Below, piece after piece: positions 52,551 to 64,000 of a stretch of 64,000 nt of DNA (position 1 is its first letter; every line of letters begins with the position of its first letter). Made by a program: the position numbers and the translations under genes. Below the pieces are notes generated by a model that was given only the letters and a program-made list of their open reading frames with translations, was not told the DNA's origin and made no database searches. Source of the DNA: Callorhinchus milii (lineage: Eukaryota); NCBI RefSeq assembly GCF_018977255.1, contig NW_024704743.1, forward strand, positions 19,594,001 to 19,658,000, written 5' to 3'.

Positions 52551-52697
52551 TCTTAAAATTTAAGATGGGACTCAATTTTCCTCAATTCAGTCTTAATTTG
52601 GACGCCAGGTCTTTTTAAGAACTGTGGAAAACTGGCTACTAAATTAAGACTGAATTTAAGAATTCTCCATAATTATGTGAGATCTTAAATTTTAAGA
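52551..52697. mobile_element. Palindromic MITE-like element (copy 1)
   Basis: Perfect 16-bp outer IR tcttaaaatttaagat / atcttaaattttaaga and perfect 16-bp inner IR aattcagtcttaattt / aaattaagactgaatt. Confidence 0.8.
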
Positions 52698-53764
52698 GAA
52701 AAGGTCTTCTAGGATAAGTTTAGTTAGATGTTTGGGCTTTGACGTGTGGAATGGTGTATCTGATTGTCACAGCTCGGAGAATAGAGATGCGCTGCAATCA
52801 GGATGTGTGATTATGAAATTTGACATGACCTTTGGTTCAGCCTCATTGAATGTTTCTGTTTAATGATAGAAAATATTTAAGAATCATTAGCACTGTAAAT
52901 TGTCTATCCGTCATCATTTGTAGTGTGCTTTCTTATTGGGTAATCATACGATAAAAATATGAAATCTCATAACAAATTTGAAAGGGTAATTCAAAGTGAA
53001 AGGTACAATCCCGAATGTAAGGATTATCATAATTTCTCTCTTACATTAAGTATTTGTTAAAAACTATTCAGTAAACTACAAATATACTAAAAGAGCCAAT
53101 CAGTACAATTGAAATCTGAGAGTTTTTTTCCACAAATTGCAGTAGAAATTTCACCTGGGTTGAGATTTACTCCATTTACGTAGCAATTCAGAGCTTCCAA
53201 AATTTGGCAAGTTCTTAAATACAGCCATAATTTTGAAGCAGTTCGTTCTGGGTTTTTTTTTAAGAATTAAAGAAGTCTGGCTTTAAAGTTAATAACTAAA
53301 ATAAATACTTTTGCACGGTGCTTTTTTGTGGGTTGACTTTGATGAAATAGTTTTCTGAGATGATTTTGAAATGCATTCTATTTGATCCCAGTTTATTGGA
53401 TCTCCCCAGGCATGCTCCACTGTATTGTCCCAAATCGACTACTGTGACTGCTAATGCTGCACTCAAACCTGACTGTAAGAGGTATATGAGAGAACGTGGG
53501 GTATTCAGTGTTTACTTTTCCTTCTCTTCTCAGGCTGGGAATGGAAGGAAGGGGGGGATGGAAAGTAAAGTTGATCTCAACAACGCACTTGGTTGACAAC
53601 TGATGTTTTGGGAACTGACATTGCGTGGAGTCTGAGTCCCATGTCCCACTATTCTATAATGCAGGAGGTCAGAGGTTTTAGAATAGACTCTAGTTCACAA
53701 CGATTTCTTAATAAGGAATTCAATTAAAACTACAATGTCACAAGAGAGTTGCTCTGAATGCAAC

Positions 53765-54245
53765 ACCATTTACATTTATATAACACCTTTCACGTCAAGA
53801 GGTCGTCTCAAAGTGCATACCAATGCTGGATGAACATGCAAACTGGGAGTGAGACCCAAATGGGTTGTGGAGAGGTAAGATTCCAGAAGTGCAGTCAGAG
53901 AGGTACATTGTAATATGTGCCTTGAACAAAGTGAGGGACAGAGCGAGATGGAGAGATTTTCAGGGAGTGGAAGAGGAATGAAAGAAAGCTTGCTTACCAA
54001 TGGTGGGCAGGTGAAGCCAGTATTCGTTGAGTGAAGGAAGCAGCCTGCTTTTTGTGGTTGAAGGAGATCACAGACATAGGGTGGGGTGAGAACGTGGAGG
54101 CATTTAAATACATGAACAAGGATCTTGAACTTGTTCTTCCAGGGGATAAGGAGCCAGTGGGGATGAGTGAGGATGAGGCTGATAGGCTCTCAGAGCCTGA
54201 TGTGGGAGATGACATGTGCTGCATATTTCTGGATAGTCTGCTTGT
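53765..54245 (-). mobile_element. L2 LINE 3' fragment, decayed
   Basis: Reverse tail acacctttcacgtcaagaggtcgtctcaaagtg and antisense HWL (ggagccagtgg). Confidence 0.7.
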
Positions 54246-54439
54246 GTAGGGAATAACCATGGAGTATACCGAGCAAAACATTGCGTTGACAACGCTGAAC
54301 ATGACTTGCCACAGCTTAGACCCCATTGTGATATGGATGTGGAATAATGAGACCCTATAGAGTATTCTGTTCCACACATTTCTTCATATTTCTGTATAGT
54401 TTCCAACCAGAACAGCCCACACTATGGAAATGTCCACAG

Positions 54440-55476
54440 AGGCTATTACAAAAAAGGCTAATGAGATCCTGGGGTTGTATCCAGAGGGATAGAATATAAA
54501 AGTGAGGAGATGATGTTGAATTTGTACAAAATCTCACTTAACCATATTTGGAGTATTGTGTACAGTTTTGCTATGCTGCTAATATAAAGGATATATCAGC
54601 GATGCAAATAGTACAGTGAAGGCTTACAAGGATAATACCAGGTTTGGCAGATTACTGCTATCAGCATAGACGGGATAGGTTAGGCCTTTGTTCATTAGAG
54701 AAGAGATGTTTAAGGAGGAACCCAATAGAAGTATATAAATTATAAAAGGGTTGATAAGGTTAAGATAAATAGGTTGTTTCCACAGGTTGGGGAGTCCACA
54801 CCCAGGGCACACAAACATAAGATAGTAACTAGGGGATCAAAAAGAAAATTTAGGTGGAGCTACTTCACGCTGAGGGCAGTGAGATTGTGGAGATTGTGTT
54901 TGAAGTGGTGGTAGAATCAGATAATATACATGCATTTATAGATCTTCACATGAGGGAGAGTGGAATAGAAGGGTATATAATAATAATCCTTGCATTTGAT
55001 ATAGATATAGTGCCTTATCATGTCTTTGAGATGTCTTAAAGCCCTTCACAGAATATACTGCAAAGTGAATTGACTGTATTTTGTAGGCGAAACGCAGCAT
55101 CCAATTGCGCACAGCAGTGTCCCATAAACAGTCATGGATTAAGTGATCAAATTTTTTTTATTAATTATTTTGAAGGGTTTATTACCCACGGAAAAGCGAT
55201 CCGCCAAACAACTAACAACCAGGTTCCTACTTACTGCTAGGTAAACAGTAGCTTGTGGAGTAAGGAAACTTGCCCAGTGTTTCACAATGCCAGGAATCAA
55301 ACCCAGTTCCTCTCGCTTGCGAGGCGAGTGCTTTAACCACTAAGCTGCAGGACTCCACAGGAGGGAGGGAGGGAGGGAGGGAGTAAAGGAATGGGTTGAG
55401 ACTTGTGTGAAATTTCAACGCCGGCATGGATTGGTTGAGCCAAGTGGCCTGTTTCCGTGCTGTATATTCTTTGTAA
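54440..55476 (+). mobile_element. CR1 LINE 3' region split by a SINE
   Basis: Decayed KANEILG..EYKS.EMMLNLYK..LEYCVQF-type RT end. After the SINE comes the CR1 tail gagccaagtggcctgtttccgtgctgtatattct. Confidence 0.8.
54977..55356 (-). mobile_element. tRNA-Ala/CORE-like SINE, long form, full length
   Basis: (TAA)n tail, complete internal block, and head ending gcaggactcc. Confidence 0.92.
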
Positions 55477-58400
55477 ATCTTTGTATTTGATGAATGTCTT
55501 AGGAGGAAAGACCATGAATAGGAAGGGTCAAAGTATTGAGTCATTTTATTCTCACTCCCAGCCAGAGACTTGTCAACTTGTCCCTTTAAAAGAGGCTCAG
55601 TTACTGGTCAGATTTAATCCAAGATCTCCTTGTTGTGAATCCTATTGTATGGTATCGTACTGTTCTGCTAAATCAAGAGGAATATACTTTCATCTATTCA
55701 ATTCAACATATGTGACCTCATTAGTGATTGCCTATAAAACTCAAGATGAGGAATATCTGTCAGCACATTAATATTTTTACAGTTTTTGCCTGATACCATT
55801 AATTAGAGAATGACTAAATCCCAGAGCAGAAAAGGCTTTACCTTTCTAATATTGAGTATGTATGTGTAGCATAATGCAAGGTCAAGGTGAACTACAGAGG
55901 AGAGTTACCTCCATTCTGATTGATGGAATCTGGTAAGATAAAACTTCATTGAGGATGTTTATATCTGTGGAAACAAAGAGTTCTGCAGCTGATTGAAGCT
56001 GGACTGCATTCATTTTAATGTGGAAGGGATGTAAAAATCAAACCAAGGCAATAGCTGAAACTGTGTTTGAATACACTGCCTGTATATCCTCAGCCTTGAA
56101 GAAAAATATAGGAAGTTGTCCACTATTAATTAATAATTTAATATTTTTTTTAATAAAGATTTGAATTGTTTTTGTTTGTCTTTGGTTTGAATTACATTGA
56201 TGTGAGGTGACTGCAGATGTGAAGAGTTGGAGTTACTCTACAGGTGCAGAGTAGTGTCTGCATAAGTGAAGAGATGAACGGAGAATACAGATGAAGCGGG
56301 TGAAGTGACTGGTGATGTGAGGTGACTAGAAGGTGGGAGGTGAGATCACAAGATTGATTGGGATGAAGAAGGCCATTCGGTCCATCCGATCTCAACCCTC
56401 CAGAACACCCAGTCTACCATCCCCCATCACTGCATAACCAGCTTTTTAAATGAGTCAAGTGCTCTGGGCTCCACCTTACTTAGCAACTTTTTCCAGTTAT
56501 TGATTAGTCTCTGCGTAAAGAAATCCTTCCTGGCATCTGCACTGAAATTGCCCTTTACAATTATAATCCTATGATTTGACATAGTGAGCCACACGTCAAC
56601 TAACACCCGCTAGATGTCTTTGAATTTTCTCTTTGGCAACTTCAATCCCATCCCTTGAATACTTTTGTTTTGTATTCTTGGATCCTATATGTGGTAGCTT
56701 GCATTTACCTGTATTAAACTTCATTTGCCACTTATGTGGATACCCTATCAAACTTTATTTGTAGGACCTTTGCTGCCTTCTCTGATTCCAGGGTTTCCAT
56801 GGAATCGTGTGGAATATTTTGTTAGACTGAAATCTGAATGTCTGAATGATGAGCATGGCCTACAGATTCCTGCTTCAGTCACCCAGTGTAGCCTCAATTT
56901 AACAGTGAGGAATGCAAGTGACCAACTGGGAATTTGTAGCATAAGGCAAATAGTTCCAGTTAATTCAGCATCAGGACCTGAGAACAGTGATCAATGCGTT
57001 CATACTTTGTTATAACCAGGTTCAAAACTGACATTATGTGCTGAGATATGAAAGATTGTTAAAATTACACAGAATAATAGACTAGAATACAGCACAGCAA
57101 CCCCAGAGCACGATCAAATGCATAAAACATTGATCATTTAATGTACCATGCACAAATAATTCCATTTCCTTCATGTAATAGAAGATTTCCGTGCTCCCTG
57201 TTTCAGGCAGTTAATTATGATATTTTAATCCGAACAATGTATTTCAAACCTTGGTGTATTGTGTTTAACATTAATATTTGGTTAAAATATTCTGGATACT
57301 GTAACAATATTAAATCAAGAGAGTCAAATAAATTGAAAATAATTTTCTCGAAAATGTATTTTCCTTTTTTTTGGTAGAGCACAGATTCATCTCTATTATA
57401 GGAAAAGGTTTAAGGTCAGAGAAATCTTAACAACTCGACCTATAAAAATTCAGAAGAAGGTCCTTTCCCGTATTTGATCTCATTTTTTGCAGAACACTGC
57501 CTTCCCCTCCCCCACCATCCTCACATCACAGTATCAACCTGTTTTTAAATGAGCTTAGCCTCCTGGCCTCAACCACCTTCCTGACAAACTATTCTAGTTG
57601 TTAATTAACCCATCCAGCTTTGGGTATAAAATGACTTTCAAAGCAATAGCCCACTGTGACATTTGAGACAATTTATAAAGCAAAAGGCTTCCAGCAGATT
57701 AATATTTAGTAAGTACCCTTCCTGAAGTAATACTGTGTGAAATGAGAATTGAAAACAGTCACTACGCCCTGCAGTTTCGAAGAATATATGGCCACCAATG
57801 GTTTGAACCAGGGATTAAATTGTCTCTTACTGCTCAGATAAACTGTTATGAATGACCTGCACATTGTAGTCTTGCCAGCAATATCACTTTATTCTGCTTG
57901 TCACAGAATCTGTTCGTCAGCTTTCTCACGGGGGTTGGTTAGAACTATATCCCAAACAGGCATCTCTTCTAAAGAGCTTCAGGCTAATAAAGAAAGATAA
58001 AGGAATTTTCAGGTGAATACTGATTGAATCTACTGAATAATAAATAGGTCAAGATGTAAGAACGTTGTCTGATCGATCCTTATGCAGGAAGCTGGAGAAA
58101 TTGTCAGGATAACGGGAAGCGATGGAGAAATCTGACATCTAATTCAAATAGGATTCTTTAATAAGGGAACTTCACTCCAAAAAACATGTGCATTTGGAGC
58201 AGAGTTCCCACAAGGCTGTTTGTTGCCAGTCGTATTCAGTAGAGCTCTATTATAACTCAGTGGTTTGGGTTCAAAAAATGCCAACCCACGTTACAATGGA
58301 GCTACAGTAGCCAGTTTCACTGGGAATGTACGCAGGCAACTGCTTGCTTCCTGTGCCCGCTGTGCACCTCAACGCCAAGATGTGATGTCAGCAGTGACTT

Positions 58401-59133
58401 ATTGACCTGGTAGTCAGCCATATTTTTGTGGTTGTTGCCTTCATGAAGAGGACAGCCAGTTGCATGTGTATAATTAATGGATTCTTTCCCATTAATAGTG
58501 AAGTTTTGCATAACACTGACTGGCGTGTCCGCCAACAAAAACAGTCACTACCCTTTACAGTATATCCTGTGAAGCGCTTTGAGACATTCTTCTGTCGTGA
58601 AAAGCACTATGTCAAATGTAAGGATTAGTATTTTATTGTGATTATTATTAACCATGGTATTAACAGAGCATGATTCCTCTGGTTTCTTGAATGAATCCCC
58701 AATTGAATCCCTTATCAGAAATTTTGTTGCAAATCATAGTATATCAAACTGCAGCAAGGAAGGAATCTCACTAGAGAAAGGGCTTGGTACTTTATAATTT
58801 AAAAAATTAACAAGAGCAAAAGAGAAAGTATTTAATATTTATTAGAAACAGCTCCTTAGTATAAGTATTGTATATTTTGCACTTGTACTTGTTTCATAGC
58901 AGATGTGGATGTTAAATAGATATTACATACTTTAAGGTATATTCTTATGTCCATTTGCCATTGTATAAAAATGTTCGTGAATTGTTTTCTGGACAATGTC
59001 TACATTTTGTTTCTGTAACAATTGACAGATTTGTTGAGCTATTGACTTGTTACGATTGGATTTTAAAGTTTGAATTTATAGAATTTGTTGTTTTTAAGCA
59101 AATAGGCCTACTTTCATGGCATCTTCTGTCTTG

Positions 59134-59363
<230 letters not shown>

Positions 59364-59482
59364 TGAACATTTTAATGTAGCAAAACAGCCAGTTCATCCT
59401 CCATCCAGTATTGTGTTGATTGGGGTTGTTTCTAAATATGAGAACCGAAATTCCATGTGATCTTCACGTGTAAAATTATTTA

Positions 59483-59638
59483 GTCTTAAAGGTTGAGCTC
59501 CCGCAGAATTGTGGAAAATTCTGAAAATCAGTCAGGATTTGGAAACTGGTACTTTTAAAGAACTGCAGAAAACCAGCTTACAAATTAAGAATGTATTGAA
59601 GAATCTTCCATAATTCTGCATGATCTTAAATTGAAGAC
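59483..59638. mobile_element. Palindromic MITE-like element (copy 2 of the 52551 family)
   Basis: About 40-bp imperfect terminal IR (gtcttaaa..gcagaattgtggaaaattct / agaatcttccataattctgc..aagac). Right half is collinear with 52610-52697. TTA on both flanks. Confidence 0.75.
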
Positions 59639-59991
59639 TTACAGCCTAAGAAGAGATGAAATTTCACACCTTAGTTGATCAAGCACAAAATTATGAAATT
59701 GTCTCTTCATGATCAGCTCTTTAATAGCACCGACTAATCCTCCCACATGGGTGAGAGTGGGTGCAGAATTGATGGGTCAAATGACCTCCTGTGCTGTAAA
59801 TTTCTGATAGATAGCTTTGCGGTCAAGCTCTCAGTAACACATTGTGTAAGCTTCTGCCCTGTTGTCATCTTGTTGTTGAGCTCTGGGATGTTAGCCTCCA
59901 TGAAGGGTGCGGTAAGATGTGCAAGTTGCACATCTGAACAAATTGTTTTTAGTTTACTTTTTCAATCCCATTCAGCATCTTAACCTGTCGT

Positions 59992-60314
59992 GGAGTCCTG
60001 TAGCTCAGTGGTTAGAGCACTCGCTTTGCAAGCGAGAGACCTGAGTTCAATTCCAGGCAGAGGGCGAAACCTTGGGCAAGTTTCCTTACTCCACACGCCT
60101 AATAATAATCCCTCCAAAACCAAAAACAATAATAAATTGGTCATTTTCAATCTACGACTGTTTGTGGGACATTGCTGTGCGTAATTGGCTGCCGCGTTCG
60201 CCCACAAATATACAGTCAATTCACTTTACAGTGTGTTCTGTGAAGCGCTTTGGGACGTCCTCCCGACGTGAAAAGCGCTATATCAAATGCAAGGATTATT
60301 ATTATTATATTATT
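59992..60314 (+). mobile_element. tRNA-Ala/CORE-like SINE, short form, full length, young
   Basis: A and B boxes, intact stem-loop at 60244-60279, (TTA)n tail. Confidence 0.95.
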
Positions 60315-60327
60315 GGGTTCTCTCTGA

Positions 60328-60540
<213 letters not shown>

Positions 60541-60624
60541 TAAACATTCATTTAATTATTTATTTAAATCATCTATCTTTCCTGTCCCTCTCTGAAGTTT
60601 ATGGAATAAATATGTTCTGTGTTA

Positions 60625-60806
60625 AAAAAAAATGTTTGCTCACTCAATCCACGACTGTTTGTGGGACACTGGTGTGCGCAATTGGCTGCCGTGTTTTGCC
60701 CACAAAACAAAAAGTCAATTCACTTGACAGTATGTTCTGTGAAGTGCTTTGAGATGTCTCGAAGACGTGATAAGGGGCTATAATCAAATGCAAGGATTAT
60801 TATTAT
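60625..60806 (+). mobile_element. 5'-truncated tRNA-Ala/CORE-like SINE
   Basis: cactcaatccacgactgtttgtgggacac through gcaaggattattattat. Confidence 0.85.
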
Positions 60807-62158
60807 AACATGGAATTAATGACACCCAATATGCTTTTTCAGTTACTCAAGATGCTGTACTCTCTTTAATGCCCAATTTATACCATAGTTCTGTCAGCAA
60901 ATTGAAAATAAAATTCAAAGAAACATTGGGATTTGTAAAAGATGAGGCGAGGGTAAAACAATGTGCAAAACGTAAGGTTGAGCTCTGTCACTTGAGCACC
61001 ACTCACTGTACAGCAAGTAGCACAGTTGAATTCTTCCCTCTTACCCCTTCTCTCCTCCCCCCAACCCCCCTCTCACACACATAGTAGAATTGAATTCCAA
61101 TGATTTAAGACCCAAAACAACCATTCTTACACTCTAACAATAAATGTCCATAAAATGACATATAGTGCTTTGGTATATTGCAACATGTAACTCTGCACCA
61201 AGAATTGCATGGGCCTGCATATCGTTTGACAATTTCAGGCGTTGCTTATTAATCTGTACTGTACATCTACAATATTAAGACAAGTTATATGTTGAATTTG
61301 GTTGTCCATTTTTGTGCATTATTCAGTTACCTCCAAAAGCCAAATCATTTCTTCACAAGTTTTACAGATCTGCATAGGCTTACATAGACTGAATGGCACA
61401 GAAATGGGGCATTTGGCCAAACCAGCCCATTACTAGTGTTTATACCCTACACAAGCCTCCACTCACTCCTTATTCCTTCCCATACCCCTTCTATTTCAAA
61501 AGGAGCAAAGAGAATTTTGTCAAAACAATTATATCCCATCAATAACATTTGTATTTGCAGCAAAGAAAGCCTGGTTATTTGTAAATTAAAAGGTTAGCAA
61601 ACAATCTTCAAACAATCTTCAGTGCTATCTGAGACATTCTTCTCTTTGCTTATCTGTACCACTCTGACCTGCCTAACATGTCAAGAAAAAATGTTATTTA
61701 TAATCGACTGTCAACAATAAGAATGCAGCAAAATGATCCAATCATCATTTGTGTTTTGCATTGAAACGGCAAATATATTTCAGGCATTCACTATTTATGA
61801 CAGCATTTTTATCAACATGACTTCAGCCCATTTATTTATAGTAAATATTTATTTATTTATAAAGAGATTTTTGTTCGAATTGAAGAATCAATCACAGAGT
61901 GATAAATGGGAGCTACCCAAGGTGGATTCTGAAACCAGCTTTGATTTATGGATATGTTACCATTGAGAATTGTAATTCGTTTACATACAGCCAGGGTGTT
62001 GGTACTCCACTGTTTTCATAATTGAAAAATTATGGTTTGGAGTGTTTTACATTCTTTAAACAGTGCACAGAAAGTACTGTTTTATTCCAGTGTAACTGCC
62101 TAGCGCATATAAATAGCGGACCCAAATTATATAAAAAATCCATGTTGAATAATTATAG

Positions 62159-62311
<153 letters not shown>

Positions 62312-64000
62312 TGACATGAATCATTCAGTCAAGGGTTGGAACTCAGGACAGGACAGTCAGTGGATGACCTGAGCTAGGAGCTAGATATCAATGTATTTCA
62401 GTGGAGAGATTTACCTCAAATCAAACTAGCTGCAGAATTATCTTTTTTTCATCAGCCAAGTGCCCATCAGCATGCTTACAAGTATTCAAACAGACAGAGT
62501 TCTTCTAGGCATCCCACCAAAACATGGAAATTGCCAAGATACTTATTGAGTCCATGCCCCAGTAACTGGTCTGCTTATGAGCCCAGGCTGGTTGTGCTGT
62601 TATCAGCAATGCCCTGGAGTACTGTGGTCCTGCCTGGCTCAGGAACTGGACTACTCAGCCCACCACATAGGGCTGGATTGATTCTGACATTCCATTGCCA
62701 AACATGTCACCTCGGAGCAAGTTCAGCTCCAAGTAGAACCCTACTTGCCTGCCCCCTCCCCAGCTGTTCACTTGACATCCGGCAAGCCTAGGTTTAAGCC
62801 CTCACGAGGTGGGTGGTGGGTACCAGGTGAGCTACCTGATGAGCCACAGAGCTCAGCATGAAATACATGAGAGCATTGCCGCCCAGTCACACATCCCTTC
62901 CCATTGAGCGATGGTTCCACAATTTGGCAGTGTAGAGCATGAGCAGCAACTGCTTACTCTCTGCAAGCCAATCAAGGTGGATTCGATTTACAAACGTGTG
63001 TTCGTGAACCTGGACTCGGGTAACACCTTCCAGTAGCTGTCGCCCCATACCTCCCGAGTTTCCTCAGTTATTTATCATTTGTAAACTAAGTGCAAACAGT
63101 GGGATTCTGGTCATTAGAAATAATATTTTGGTTCTGCTTTACAAATCATGTAGTGTAGGAACATTTTGTGCCAGGTTTTTAAACAAAAAAGGCTTCCATT
63201 GGCAACAGGATTCATTTCACACTGAAGCTCACATAGAGCACACTGGTCAGTCATGAGATGTAAGTGAAATCAGCTGACCCACTTGCGAAAATACTCAAGC
63301 ATAGTGCTGATTCATGACAGAAGATTTTAGAGCATAATGGTGATAGACAAGTAATTTAAAGAAGGCTGTGAACTTCCCAGACACAGGCAAGGAGGCTGGC
63401 AGCATCAGCAAGTAGATTGGGGTTTGGCTGAACTATTAAATAACTTTGGCCCAAGGAACTCCAAGTGTCGGCTGTTCCTTAAGTATGTGTGTTCTCTTCG
63501 TGGTTTCTTTTTAGAGATGTTAAATCAACCATGGCTCTAGTCAATTACTGCCAAACTGAAGTGAAAGACTAGTTGCCTCATTTTATTTGTAGGTTCATTG
63601 AAATGCTGAGAGAATCTCAATTGCCTGGCTTTTGTCTGCTGGTAATACACCTAATAATTTCTATCGATATGTTGTTATTTCTTTGTTCAGTCAACTCTGG
63701 CATTGATTTTTCTGGAAGTTATTGCACTGAATGTTCCCTCAGAGCAATCCTGCTCTGACTGATTGCTATAAATATAATTTACAATGCAGCTTTGTTTTAT
63801 GCATGTTTTATCCTATGGTGTCACCAGAGGCAGAGGAGCAGTTGATCGTTTTCCTGGAAATTTAATCGGTTTTAAGGGTCTGTCAGTGTGGAAGCTGAAC
63901 TCTTAACAATGATTGGCTATAATCTGTTCTTATGCCCATTTAAATTATAAACTACACAGCTGCAAAAGGCAAATTGCCTGACTTAATTTGTATTGGGAAA

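Noticed and set aside
63500..63545. Possible PLXDC2 exon 8 after the tttctttttAG acceptor-like site
   Set aside because: Downstream sequence does not encode the expected VRRRTIYEYHRV-like peptide; exon 8 is probably beyond the window.

Overview
Vertebrate genomic DNA, most likely a cartilaginous fish (inferred from the repeat content). The window is the interior of a PLXDC2 (plexin domain containing 2 / TEM7R) gene on the + strand. Six coding exons (orthologous to mammalian exons 2-7: 316-524, 30382-30528, 30978-31047, 59224-59346, 60404-60522, 62207-62306) have GT-AG boundaries and splice into one open frame. Exon 1 and exons 8 onward lie outside the window. About 99% is intron, filled with decayed L2 and CR1 LINEs, an older Deu-domain SINE family, a younger tRNA-Ala/CORE-like SINE family and several palindromic MITE-like elements. 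Nearly all ORFs in the track are spurious or decayed transposon frames. I found no intact novel protein-coding system. The best leads are: (1) an L2 plus two-SINE mobilisation set sharing a 3' stem-loop with a compensatory base-pair change; (2) near-identical inverted SINE pairs bracketing exons 3-4 and exon 5; (3) a 471-bp TIR element carrying a promoter-like core, an ATG and a splice donor; (4) an 88-nt bulge-free intronic hairpin; (5) a SINE tail forming the exon 5 acceptor tract. Repeat boundaries were read by eye and are approximate unless a TSD or TIR is given.
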